DNA from: the human T2T-CHM13v2.0 reference genome, Homo sapiens
Length of the DNA stretch: 64,000 nucleotides
Assembly (NCBI RefSeq): GCF_009914755.1
Contig: NC_060932.1
Reading direction: 5' to 3' (one strand)
Shown here: positions 38,532 to 52,389 of the stretch, one piece after another
How positions within the stretch are numbered: position 1 is the first letter of the stretch
How the letters are laid out: the number at the start of each line of letters is the position of its first letter
Notes under the pieces: generated by a model
What the model was told of the DNA's origin: nothing
The model's database searches: none
What the model saw: the letters and a program-made list of their open reading frames with translations, nothing else
Program-made: the position numbers and the translations under genes

Positions 38532-40419
38532 TATATATATATATGTATATATGTATAATTTTCATATATTCCCTGGAAAACATCAACAATCTTGGGGTAA
38601 GGTAATTTTATTTCTATGCAGTTTCCATGTGTAAGTCAGTTTCATTAAGTTTATCTAGATCAGTGATCAGTGTCCTACCACTGGATGTAAGAAAGAGTCA
38701 TTCTAACAAATGAGGCCAGCCAGTGACTGAGGCGTCAAGACTATGTATTTACTGACAAGTCAGGGAAGTAGGAGATATGCTTTCTTCTTTTAGAGTTTTG
38801 ATACTCTCAAAGGGAAGTGAACTAACCTTCAAAGTATACCTGGAATGTAACCAAAACTATTAATACAAATAGAAGCATAAAATTCATCCTCTCATTTAAT
38901 ACAACAATGGGTGAGACAAACATTATCATCTCTATTTTATAGTGGAGAAATGGAGGCTTTGAAAGGTTAAGTAACTTATGTAAGGTAAGAAGTACAGCTA
39001 GGTTTGGAGCCCCAGAAAATACAATCATACTGAAGAGCTCATTCCATGATGATGCTCATAAATGAAGTGTTGCAGCTCTTTGCTCTAATTTCTTACTTAT
39101 CTTGACAAGGAAAGCATTCATCATTTTTCCTAGTGGTGTCTTGGCCCATCTCAGGGTCAGGCTGTCTTTCAATTAAGTAATGTACAAATTGAGGAGCACA
39201 CAGCCAGAACATCTTCAGCAGAACCCTCACTCCACACACTCAGAGTTGGGGGGGGTGGGTGGATAGAGAAGCGAGAAGGTGGATGGGAATAATGGAAAAT
39301 GATGTGATGTTGTGGAAATGTAGATTTTGAGATGATTTTTAATCAAGTCAGCCAGGAGAACCTCTCTTCAGGTGTAAGCAAGATGTAATCAATAACTGTA
39401 CCCGGCCCTCTTGTCTCCCATGTGATTTTATTGAACACAGGTTTAATTGACCTGAAAAAGAAATGTACTTGTTTGGAAAGGTGTGTGTACTGCCAGCAAA
39501 ATAAAACTTCCTCAGTTCCTGCCATGTATGGGGGTGTTGCTGGACTGTTTTACATGATCACTTCTGACAGTAGAAATCTGTCAGGTCACCACATTGTAAA
39601 TGCTTTGGAAGCAACAGTCCACGAGGCCATTTTGATAATGAGAGAAAGTATAAAATGTGGTGAGGATTTCCTTTTACTTGGCTTGCTCATTCCAGAAATT
39701 GACTTGGATTGATTACCATGGAAAGACTCTACTGCATCTGTGCTCCAGAGGGGCAAAGTGACACAAAGGGACGAGGCTTGTACAGTAAAATTTTACCTCC
39801 CTTGACGTGATACAGTCCAGGAGGATCCTATCTCAAGGGAGTACACTAGAAGTGATTGCTCAAGGAAAACCCCCATCTGTTTGTAGAATCCCGGCTATGC
39901 ATTTTGTCTCTATGCACCTTGGTTCCATCATCTGTGAAATAAAAATAAGCCCTACCTTGTTGGAATGTTACAAAGGCAATTAGCAACTCAAAAGAAATTT
40001 AGTCAGTGATTTCCCACTGGTACCCTTCTGTGCACTTAATAATATGTTGGTGACCTGAAAAATCTTTCTTGAGCCCCATGTTTTTTATATGTAGAATGAG
40101 ATTGAGCCAGATTATCACTAACTTCCTTCCCAACCCTACCACCAAATAACAGCACTTCTACCGACATCCTAGGAGTAAGGCAATCTTGAATTTATAAAAT
40201 ATTCTCAGGCTCAGAGAGCCGTTTTAGAAATCAGCCATGACACAAGGAAAGGACCTTGAGTTAGGAGAGCTGGACTCAAGTTTCACTTCAGCCACATTCT
40301 TGTCATCCCTAAGCCTGAATGTCTTCCTCTACAAAATTAGGATAATAATTTCCTCCTCTACAGACTTATTGTACAACACATAGTCCATACATCTGCTTCC
40401 TTTTGTCACTGATGTCCTC

Positions 40420-41410
40420 TTCCCCAGAGGCAACCACTTACAACTGAATTTTTATTTTTTGTGATATTTAGCTCCATATATCTAAATAGCTACCCATAGT
40501 GCCATTTCTTGACTTCTTAGTTTTAGGCATTATATGACCTACCCATTAAGGAAGATGAGATCTTAGCCATTTCATCCCCATCACTCTACTAGTAGCAAAA
40601 GCATGCACAGTTATTCATGTTTCCATTCTCCCAAAATAAATATATATTTTGGCTAGATCTATCATCAGTGCTTAAATTGAGTACATAAATACTGTTCACA
40701 GCTGAGCCACATAGAATACTATTATTTTTTCCTTTCTTGAACAAGCATTTGTTTTCCCTAGATTTACTAAGTGTTTTGTTTTGTTGATGTACTGTGTTTT
40801 CTATGGTCTTATCTCTGATTCAGCCTCAAATTCTCTTTCAATATGTCTCAATGCATTAAGTATTTTTAGTAATTGTATCTACTTGGAAACATTACTGCAG
40901 AAACCTTCTTCTCTATTTAGTTAGTTCCTGACCGTTGGTTGCAAGCCTATTGTTAGCTGCCATCCTGGGGCTATTCTTTGTTGTATTCTAGGGGTTTCTT
41001 TTATTATATAACACCTCTCTCATATTGAATTCCTCATTACGTAAGCCCAGTGTCTACATCTTTATTAGCTGATCTTCTTGTTTTAAAAACGGAGCACCTT
41101 TTCTAGTACCCTTCAGTAAACGTGTATATGTTGAGAACTTACATATCTGAAAACATATTCAGCTTATCTTTATCCTGAGTTAATAGTTTGATCAGTTATA
41201 GAGTTTAGGTTGGAAAAAATTTTTCCTTATTATTTTGATGGCATTCCTCCAGTCTTAGTGTTAAAATGTCCAGGGCCATTCTGGCCCGTGAATACTCCTG
41301 ATTTTTCTTTTTAGAAGCTTTTAAGATCTTCTGTTTTTCCCAGTGTTCTAAAACTTCACGGTGGTGTGATCACAAAAATAAATGTTTTATTTATTGTGCT
41401 AGTGCTGGGA
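40420..41410 (-). mobile_element. Ancient L1M/HAL1-like remnant
   Basis: TCTGAAAAC...AATAGTTTG...TATAGAGTTTAGGTTGGAAAAAATTTTTCC resembles antisense ORF1-region motifs. Confidence 0.5.
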
Positions 41411-43807
41411 TTAAACATATTCTCCAGTCCTGAGATTCAGTGAGCCACCTCTTGGTAGCTACTTTTAACTGAGTAGTTTAACGTTCTTCTTCCATGATAC
41501 TGAAGACACACTTCTTTTAACAGCTGTTATGACATTGTTTTTTAGTTAGTTGTGTATATCTATACCATATAGCATTACAGGCCCCATTATGGAAACCCAG
41601 TGGAGTTCTGTTGTATAAATGAAAAACAATTACTTATGATCTTCTGCCTGCATGGGCATAGAAGCAAAATATGTAATATGGATGTGAAAAATTAATAAAT
41701 TATATTGAGTTTTTAAAACATACCACTACAGAGAATTCACAGTTTGCTATACATTCTGTAGCTTTTTGTAATCCATGAGTTAGTTATCAACAGGAACAAA
41801 TTCTGAACTGCTTTTTGTAACCACTTGAAACTTGAAAGGAGAGAAATAAAAATGGTTTGAGGTTCTGGAGGTTTCTAAATACCTTCAAAACCCCATTGTT
41901 TGTGACAGTCAGGATGTTTATGATCAAGGAAAAAGGGAAGTGTTCTGGAGACATGCCCTATTTCCATATTTGTGGTGCCCAAAACAAAGATAAAAGTGGT
42001 GGCCCACATATGTCTAAATAGTTAAAATTTATAACCCAAGCTTTAAAAATATCAAACAAAATTTGCCCTAGCAGATTTGGAAGGCTAGGTTGCATTTTAG
42101 AGTTCTGGGATTTCTTGGCAGCCCTGGAAGAACCAACCCTCAGCCACCAACTTGGCTCTCTTATCTCCTTACCTTCCCCCAGATATTTCTGGTCTTTGTG
42201 GCACCCTGTTTGCACATATACAGACACATTAACATGATAGCCACATGGCCAAGCTCCATTCACATGCTCTGCAAATAACTGCCCTTTGACCACCCCTTGG
42301 GGAAAGGATAAGGGCATTGGTGAGTCAGTTACCACTTGGGAGGACAGTCATGGGTCAGAGGCTGTACATGCCCTGGAAGTGAATGAGGGGCCATTTGGGA
42401 AAGGAATTCCCATGGAGAGTAGGCATGTCACCTTGGCTCTGGGGACTCCTCCACAGGACAAGGGCCAGAAAGGAGTCCGCCAAGTGCAGAGTACAGGGCA
42501 CAGTCACCTCGTGACTGAGGCTGAAGGTGAGACTCCCAGAGAGTAAGAGAAACCTGACTGTGATCCTTTGGTCAACTTATGGCAAATCTGAGAAGGAAAC
42601 CCAGGTTGTTCTAAAGGATTGCTTTGGCGTCTAACTGCCTCCCCACCTCCATGAGCAATTCCATTAACCAAAAAGGAAGGAACTGAGCAAGTTCAGTCCT
42701 CTTACTTTTATTTTACATTTTAAAAAATAGCGATGGAACATGATCCTTCTTGATAACTTATACTGGTCCAGCCTAGACCATAAATCAGAATGTAAATGTC
42801 TTGTGGTTTGAGGTAAGGCCTAAGCTGACGTTATCCTCCCTTTTATGAAGCCTCAGAGGCTCATAGGCCCAGATTTAGTCTCGGTGGTTTGCATATTAAA
42901 AACTGGTTTCTTTCTCTGGGTTTTATGTTACCACTTCAAATTCTTCTAGACAAGAAATAAGGGAAATGGTGGGAAAGCTCAAAGTACAAAGGGTACCCAC
43001 CCAGGGCTCCAGGAAGGACCCTCAGTGAGACTTTGGAAGCTCAAAATACCTTTGCTTCTGATAGACTTATGAACCTGGAAGAAGTTAAATTTTTTATTTC
43101 AAAAACTTTCTAAATAACAGTGTCTTAAATTTAAAGTCCTTCCTCCCTCACCCCACCTCTAGCTGATTTTGTTTTGCTTCAATATTCATAAAGCACCTGT
43201 AATTGTTTACATTTCTTCTACTCTTTTTTGCAAGGCCCCAGGAATGCAAAGGGAAAACACACCAACATAGGCAAGCCTTGGGGTAATTTTTAAATAGTCA
43301 CTGCTCTTTCAATGCATGGTGTTGGGTCATTGCTTAATAAACAATATTCTTTCTCAACTCCTACTCCAGCTCCATTTCCATATACTTTACATTAAGACTG
43401 GAAATAAATCAACTGCTAATAGTTTAGCTCCCAGGGTGAGTGGGATGCTGGGTCAGGATGTTCTCTCTCAATGGGAACAAAGGGTCAGCCAGGCAACAGC
43501 CTGAATGTTGAAGTCTTGTTTCCTTGCCTCTTTCTAGCAGTTCAGATTTTGGGTTGGGTCTTAGAATCTGTTTCTCCTAGTTGCTCCGGTGTGAACTTGG
43601 CATCTCATGGTGATTGACTCTATCTGATCTTGGCCTGCACTCCCCTTACCCACTCAGCTCTGCCTTCACACCCATATCCATCCCATTAACTGGCTTGTTC
43701 CTGCCCTTTGGTAGCCATGGTAGTGGGACAGCCCACCGCACACTGCTCAGATTGGTGGCTGAGAAAGGACATTGCCCACCTCTATGTTAGAATAAGGAAA
43801 TGTTTTC

Positions 43808-44431
43808 TTTTTCAGTTTTTAAGTTCAGGGGGTACATGTGCAGGTTTGTTACATGGGTACATTGCATGACACCAAGGTTTGGGGTATGAATGATCCCATT
43901 GCCCAAGTAGTGAGCATAGTACCCAATAGGTAGTTTTTCAACCCTCTCCCCTCTCCTCCATCTAGTAATTCCCAGTGTCTGTTGTTCCCATCTTTGTCTT
44001 CATGTGGACCCCGTGTTTAGCTCCCACTTACAAGCGAGAACATACAGTATATGGTTTTCTGTTCCTGTGTTAATTCGCCTAGGATAATGGCTTCCAGCTG
44101 CATCTATGTTGCTGCCAAGGACATGATTTTGTTCTTTTTTTATGGCTGCATAGTATTCCGTGGTATATATGTACCACATTTTCTTTATGCAGTCCACCAT
44201 TATTGGGCACCTGGGTTAATTCCATATCTTTGCAATTGTGAATAGTGCTACAATGAACATATGAGTCCTTGTGTCTTTTTGGTAGAAGGATTTTCTTTGG
44301 GTATACACCCAGTCACGGGATTCCTGGGTCAAATGGTAGTTCTGTTTTAAGTTCTTTGAGAAATCTCCAAACTGTTTTCCACAGTGGCTAAACTAATTCA
44401 CATTCCTGTCAACAGTGTATAAGCATTCTTG
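43808..44431 (-). mobile_element. 5'-truncated L1PA16-like
   Basis: Antisense 3' UTR plus ORF2 end (KKMWYIYTTEYYAAIKK); 19-bp TSD AGAATAAGGAAATGT(T/C)TTC (43789, 44432). Confidence 0.92.
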
Positions 44432-47003
44432 AGAATAAGGAAATGTCTTCACCTTTCAATTCATTACCTGCAGGATCATCTCATACCTATCAATTCTTAT
44501 TGCCTCCTCCAGAGTTGTCTTCTTTTTGTAAAATTTGATTGCACTATCATAAGGAGTTACTATAGAGACCTGAGGCTTTTTAAAAAGCAAATATAGCAGC
44601 ACTCACAAATTGCCATTGGCTTTGTTCTTTCGTGTCCTTTCTTTGTGAAGCCAAGTGTTCACTTCAACGATGCTGCTTTGCTCAATACTTTTTAGGAATT
44701 ACTTCTTTTTGGAGCTGCCTCAAGAGCTAGTTCTCCGTTGCTATTTCTAAGCAATTGAAATTCCTTGAAAGAAGAAAAACAAACATTGCTAAGGGTGTTC
44801 CAGAAAGGAATTTTATATATGTATAGTTCAAGCACGACATTAGCTAGCCTGACGTTTTATCTTTTTCACAAAATTTGGCTTGGCAAGACTTTCCCAACTT
44901 GAAAAAAAAAATCTCTCTACAAAGGTGTAAACTATGCAGCCATGAATAACAATATTTAAAAGAACATCCAGAGTTCTGCTGCTGGTTAGCAAGTAGGAGC
45001 ATGTGAAAGACTTTGCTCCTGCCAAAAGAAGAAGAAATCACCAGAGAAAACAAAAAGCATACTTTTTATTTAGTGTCATTACAGAGCTTTGGACACAAAT
45101 CTAAAAGAACCAAATTCTAGAGGAATGAGCTCTTCGAAGGTGAGCAGCAAGGAATAGAGGAGGTTGCATACCTAGATTGAGTTGCTGAGTTTGGGGGTAA
45201 AATGACAGGGGAGTGAGGCTTCAGGGAAGGACAGTTTTTACTTGGGTGGGGAGAAACTCTCTAAACTATTGACAAACTTGGAGGCTGGTATCATCAGATT
45301 TGATCCTGGAGGAGCCCCCAGTGCAGAAATAATTCTCTCTTCCAAATAACTCACTAATGTTGCTAAGTAAACAGAGGCTGGAAGAGAAGGTGAAAAGCAG
45401 AAAGAGTTCTCAAATCTAGCCATCTCACAGTTTTTGAAATCTTGTGATCTCTAAGTCTCATGGTTCCAAACACTCTTTACCTCCAAATCTTATCTCATGG
45501 GCTTGCTCTGTTGAACTCTTGAAAATTTGAGGTCATGAAGACTGGTGGTTTTAAAGTCTCATGATCGTCCACTCTCACCATCTCTTGGTTCTGAGGCCTA
45601 GCCATCTTATAGGGTTTGGTCTTTGGACTTTCCCAGAGAAAGAGGGCTGAACTTCCTTTCAAAGTGTTTGAAGACAGAGGTGTAAAAACTTAGTCTAACC
45701 AAAGCCACAACCAAACACCTATTCTGTTTAACATCTGATGTGTTCAAAGATTTCAGCACCAGCACAATACATGAGTTAGGGGCTGGGCTGAAAAGCAGAG
45801 ACTAATTTCTTTAGATCCCTCATACTAAATTCCACCTCCCTGCTGGAGGAACTAAATCTGCAATGCTGCCCCCAAACAGTTCAACTCCTGATTGGATCAA
45901 ATTCATCAGCAGTCACCCAAGTTGCACATGCCCATTTTCTTTAGTCTCTACTGTTCTTTTAGACCCAATGTCCAACACACAATAAAATACTATGATTCAG
46001 GCAACAGCAGGGGAATGTGACACAGATTAAGAGAAAATCAATGAATAGTAACAAACCCGACAACGCAGATGTTGGAATTATCAGACACGGTCCTTAAAAT
46101 AGCTATTAAATATATTAATACTCTTTTTTGATATGTTGTAAGATACTTTATTCCTCCAGACTTTATAATCCTCATATATTGTTGATGATTTCTCCTTTAA
46201 GTAGTAAATTGTATTTAAAAAAATTTAAAGGAAAAATAATTTATATTAAAGACATATGTTAAACAATTCACAGAAAAAGATGGATTAAATGGATGAAGAG
46301 ATGGGGGAATTTATGGAGAGATTTAGAAACAGTGAAAAAGGGGCCAAATGAAAATCCTAAGATTGAGAAATGAATCTGAAATGAAAATTTTACTGGAAGA
46401 GATTAATAGCAGATTGGACAAAACAGAAGAAAGAGATGATGAATTTAAAGAAAGATGAATTTAAATTATTCAAACTAAAGTACAGAGAGAAAAAAGAATA
46501 AAATAAAAAATAACAGGAACTCAGCAACCATGACACAATATCAAATATATGTGTATTTGAAGTATAAGAAGAAGATAAAAGACAAAATAAGGCAGAAAAG
46601 GTTATTGAAGATTGTCAGCTAAAATTTTTCCAAAGTTGAATAAAAAATGGCAATTCATAATTCTAGACAGTTCAATAAACCCCAAGTAGGATAAATGCAA
46701 AGAAAACCACCAGTAGGCACATCGTGGTCAAACAATTGAAAACCAAAGAGAAAAATCACAGAACAGCCAGAGGAAAAAAGGCACATTACATATAGGGGAC
46801 AATGACGGCTGACTTCTCATGGAAAACAGTGGAATGATCCAAGATGCAGACCTAGACTGAAAGAAATGCTAAGGGATGCTTTTCAGGCTGCTGCAAAATT
46901 ATACCAGATGGAAACTTGTATGTAGACAAAGATACGAAGATATGAAGAATACCGGGAACGGTAAATATATGGCTGAATATGAAAGACAAATTTTTTTCCT
47001 TTA

Positions 47004-47270
47004 GGCCAGGCACAGTGGGTCACGCCTATAATCCCAGTGCTTTGGGAGGCCAAGGCGGGCAGATCATGAGGTCAGGAGTTTGAGATGAGCCTGACCAGTG
47101 TGGTGAAACCCTGTCTCTAGTAAAAATACAAATTTTAGCCAGGCATGGTGATAGGTGCCTGTAATCCCAGGTATTCAGGAAGCTGAGGGAAGAGAATCTC
47201 TTGAACCCCGGAGGCGGAGGTTACAGTGAGCTGAGATCGCACCACAGAGTAATAAATAAATAAATAAAAA
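47004..47270 (+). mobile_element. Alu (AluSg-like) with 3' deletions
   Basis: GATCATGAGGTCAGGAGTTTGAGA; right arm lacks CTGCACTCCAGCC; (TAAA)n tail. Confidence 0.9.
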
Positions 47271-47476
47271 TTCTTTAAAATACAGTTTACTATTTAAGGG
47301 AAATATTAATATGTTATGAGCTTGTAAAGTATGAAAAGAGAAAAATACAACATTATCAAAAAGGATGAGAGTGTACAATTTAAGTTATTATGTTGTAAAA
47401 TTTCTGTATTTTATTATAAAGGAAGTGGAATATCATTAGTTCAAAGTAAATTGTGGCATGTTAAGGATGCATATTA

Positions 47477-47707
<231 letters not shown>

Positions 47708-48634
47708 CTAATTAATCCAAAAGAAGACAGAAAAGGATAAGAAAATGAACAAAAGGGACAAGTAAAACAAATTAAAACAATTGTAGACTAAAGCCTAACA
47801 ATATTGATAATTACATTAAATAAAACTCTCCAAGTAAAAGGAAAATATTGTCAGCCTGCTTAAAGAAGTAAAGCCCAACTGTATCTTGTTTACATGAGAG
47901 GCCCTTTAAATAGAAAGACACAGACAAATTGAAAATAAACTGTTGAAAAAACTACAGACCACGTAAAGACTAAAAATAAGAAAGTTGATTTGGCTCTATG
48001 AATATCAGATAAAATAGACTTAAAGACAAGGAGTATTACCAGGGGTAAAGCGGGTAATTTTTATAAAGAGAAAGGACATAATCCTTATACAACTACTTGA
48101 ATATTAACAAAAACCACTGAACTATATACTTTAAGTTGTACACATTTAAATTGTGTATTTTAAATGAGTGAATGACATAGTCTATAATTTATATTTCAAA
48201 GCTGTTAAGAAGAAAGACGGTCTGGAAGTTGATTGAAATGACTCTCATTGACTAATATGATCTCACTCTTCTACTGGTTCATAATTTTTTCAGCTTTAGT
48301 CATGTAACGTATTAAATTGGTCAAAAGCTTATATATGGTAAAATATTTATCTCTAGAGGTATCAGTCCTTAAGAGATAACCATGCTGTTGTTAAGTGTCT
48401 ATTCAGCTATTCATTTATTAATTCATTTATTTACCTAGGCTATATGATGTATCCTGTTTAAAGTAGCTTTGTTCACATACTATGTATGCCATTTAAAATA
48501 GCTATTTTCTGCTCACCTTTACAATATGTTTAAGGTATAACAAAACATATCTACTTTTACATTGTGTCATTTGTAATGTTGTTTAATTTTTAAAATTCTT
48601 AACATAGAAGGAACTGCTTAAAGGCTACAACTTT

Positions 48635-50000
48635 TTCTTATCCTAATATGCCCATCTCTTTGCAATATGACTTTGCCACTCCTCACATCCAGAGATGAGG
48701 CCTATTTCTTGCTCTCTTGAATAATGGCTGGTCTCTTGACTTGCTTGGACTAAGAGCATGTGGCAGAAGTGACACTTTGTAAGTTTCAGAGCCTCAGCCT
48801 CAAGAAGGATTGAAGCTCCTACCTTTGTTGTCTTCAACACTGAACTGAGGCTGCCATGGAAGAAGGTTGGTCAAGCCTGCTGGAGATAAGCTATGTGGAA
48901 GAGAATCATGTGCCCTAAGTAATAGCTTGTGCCAGCTTCCATACATGTGAGTGAGGACATATTGTGCCTCCAGCCCAGTCAACCAGTAATAAACCCCAAG
49001 TAGGATAAATGCAAAGAATCACTGAATCAAGCTGAATCAAGCTTCATGTATTATCCCAGCCTAAACCAGCAAAGGAGATGCTCAAACTTCAGAATTCTGA
49101 CAAATAAGACAAAGTTGTTTTAAGCCATAGAGTTCTTCAGTGCTTTGTTACACAGCAGTGGCTAAAGGAAAGAGAAATTGCTACCTGGAAGTAGGATGAT
49201 GTATAGCAAAATCCTAAAACATATGCCACTGCGTTTGGGATCAGGTGGCAGATGGAGGTGGGAAGGGTGTGTGAAGAAAAAGGGAGTGAAGACGAAATGA
49301 TCACAAGAAAGTTCTTGTGGACACTGGAGAAAGACCCAAGTTATGCAATGGTGAAAAGATGAGCAAGATTGTTATCTGTAGCAATTTGGAAGCTAGAATA
49401 TGTGTTTAATGTGTGGATGTGAATAAGGAAATTTCTTGGCATAAAGTTAGAAATATCAGCTGTCATTTTTTAGCTGTACTGATACACGAAGAGATACATG
49501 AACTCATGAAGGAACTGTTTAGCTTGCAAGGAAAAATTAAAAGACATGCACTAGGTTCAGGACATGCATTAGGTTCAGGGCATACTAAGTAACCAACCTT
49601 CCAAAGTGCTGGGATTACAGGCACGAGCCACCGCACTTGGCCCTAAAACTATTTTTTCTTCCCAGCAAATATTTTCTCCCAGAAAAGATTCTTAAAGTAG
49701 GAAACAGTATCAGGGTAAAGATCAAATTAAGGGTGTGGGTATAAGATCATTTAGTTTGGAACTATTTAATGTAGTTCCAGGAAGATCCTCTTCTCTTCAC
49801 AAAGGACTTCTAGGAACCACAGGGTCATATTCTAAAGCAGCTCCATGCAAGGTCACAAATAGAGAAAGGCCTTTCTCAAAAAGGATTACGGATGTATCTT
49901 TGGCGGGGGGCATTTAATGATTCCCAATCAAATTCATAGGAAAGCCACATTTTTTAAAGGGTTGTATTAGAAGAAACACTACCAGCTTGGATTATAAGGT
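48635..50000 (+). mobile_element. MaLR LTR (MLT1F-H-like) followed by MLT1 internal sequence
   Basis: TGACTTTGCCACTCCTC, TGTGGCAGAAGTGAC, TTTTAAGCCA...TTGTTACACAGCA, then GAAATTGCTACCTGGAAGTAGG (internal start). Confidence 0.75.
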
Positions 50001-50375
50001 ACAGAGTATTAGACATGTCCTCCTGTCATAAATAATGATAAACTGAAAAAGAAATAGGCAACTCTTTTCAGTCATTAGACAAGAAGCAGCACAGAGCTGT
50101 GACCCTTGAGAAAGGAAAAGTGCAGAAGAGGAACCGCACTTTCATACTGTTTTTCTACCTAGGGCAATTTGCTAAACAGGGCACAAGGAAGTGGAGCCCA
50201 CATAGAGTATAGCAATCCTGCTGAGCTGGGGAGGATGAGATCAGTGTTAGGGTCTGCTGCAAGACCTGGAAATTTCAGGGTAGGATGCTGGAGAGGAGAG
50301 AACTTACAAAAGTCTCTGCAGACTTCAGAGTAAGTATTTCAATCTCTAAAGTTCTCTCTTTCTTGCATGCGTGCG

Positions 50376-50398
50376 CACACACACACACACATACACAC
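50376..50398. repeat. (CA)n microsatellite
   Basis: Direct inspection. Confidence 0.9.
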
Positions 50399-52035
50399 TT
50401 ATAGCTAAAGAGCCAATAGAATAAAAGAACATAAAATATAACCCAAAAGAAAGCAGGAAGAGAAGAGCAGAGAAACAAAAGCAAATGGCACAAAGAGTAA
50501 ACAAACATCAAAGTGGTAACATAAACCCAACCCATATTGACAATTTCCTTAGTTGTATATGGGCTTAGAACTCCAATGGAATGGCAGAAATGATCAGCCT
50601 GTTTGTAAAAGCAAAACTCATATGTTGTCTACATGAGAGTAAATAGTAGGATACAGATTAGCTAAGAGTAAAAGGATGAGAAATACGTGCCATTTGAACA
50701 GTAAGCAAGGGGAAGTTGGTATGGATATATGAATATCAACATATTATGTTAAGATAAAAGCGTCAATTCAGAAGTAAGAATTCTAAGTGTATATGCTGCT
50801 AAAAATAAAACTTCAAAATACATAAAGTAAAAACTGACAGAACTAAAAACAAATCTACGATTATAGTTAGAGATTTTTAGCAGTCTTAGGAATTTATAGA
50901 ATTACTGGATAAGCAATGAGTAAGAATACAGAAGATATAAATAATACAATCAACCAACTTGACCTAATTGATATTTACATAATATCCCAATGCTACCATG
51001 TGCATTTGAAACATTTGGCAAGAGAGACCATAATTTCAAAAGACTGAAGTGTTTAACCATAGTAAAATTCAGTGAGAAATTCACAATAAGATACCTAGAA
51101 AATTGCCAAGTATTTGTAAAATAAATAATCCACATATCAATAACTTATGAATCTAAGAAGGATATTCAAATTGAATATTTCAAATTGAATGAAAAAAGAC
51201 ATGTTCTAAAATTAAGTTGGGTGTAACTGAGTGCTCAGAGGATAATTTATAGACTTAATGCTTATATAAAAAAAGATTTAAAATCAATGATCTAAAATTC
51301 CACCATAAGCTAGAAACAAGACCAAATTAAATGCAAAGTATAAGGAAGTAAATAATAAATATAAGATTAGAAATTAATGAAATAGAAAACAACAGAAAAT
51401 TGACAGCACTAAAAAGATATTTCTTTGAAAAGATTAATGAAATTGATAACCACCTAGCAAAGCTAATAAGCAAATAGAGAAAATTTAAATTTGCTTTATC
51501 AGGAGTGAAGAGAATAATATCACTACAGATTGAATAGACATTAAAAGGATAATAAGGGCATATTGTGACCAGTAACTTTTGTCATATGTCAACAACTTTG
51601 ACAATGTAGATAAAATTGGTAAATTTCTTAAAAGAGACACATTACAAAACTAACACAAGGATAATTAGAAACTCTGAAAAGCCTTGTATCTATGAAAGAA
51701 GATGAATTTGTACTTAAGCATCTTCCCACAAAGAAAACTGCAGGCCAATATGGTTTCATGGATGAATTCAGTCGAATATTTGAGAAGAAATATTGCCGAT
51801 GCCACATAATTCTTTTTCCAGAGGGAATACCTTCCAACTCATTTTGCAAGGCTAGCATAAATCTGATACCAAACCTCACAAAGATATTAAAATAAAATAA
51901 ACTTACAGACCAACAGCCTCATGAACATAGACACAAATCTTTTTTGAAAGTTAGCAAATAAAAAACCATAAATATATTGAAAAGAAAACAAATAAACAGG
52001 AGTGCAAGGTTGGTTCACTTTTTTAAAGAAATCAG

Positions 52036-52336
<301 letters not shown>

Positions 52337-52389
52337 TCAATATAATTCATCTTGAAATGGAGAATCGTGTGATCATCTCAATAGATACA

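Noticed and set aside
39422-39712. 96-aa ORF with CxC/CxxC
   Set aside because: Non-ATG start, no recognisable domain and no convincing splice context
41958-42546. Cluster of 60-125 aa ORFs in GC-richer unique DNA
   Set aside because: No recognisable homology; overlapping frames on both strands; lengths are within chance expectation
46123-46152. Minus-strand AATAAA followed by a short A tract, suggesting a processed pseudogene 3' end
   Set aside because: Better explained as an inverted copy of nearby L1 sequence; no clear TSD
49543-49590. Short direct repeats as a CRISPR-like array
   Set aside because: Only 2-3 adjacent units with no spacers, no cas genes, and a eukaryotic context
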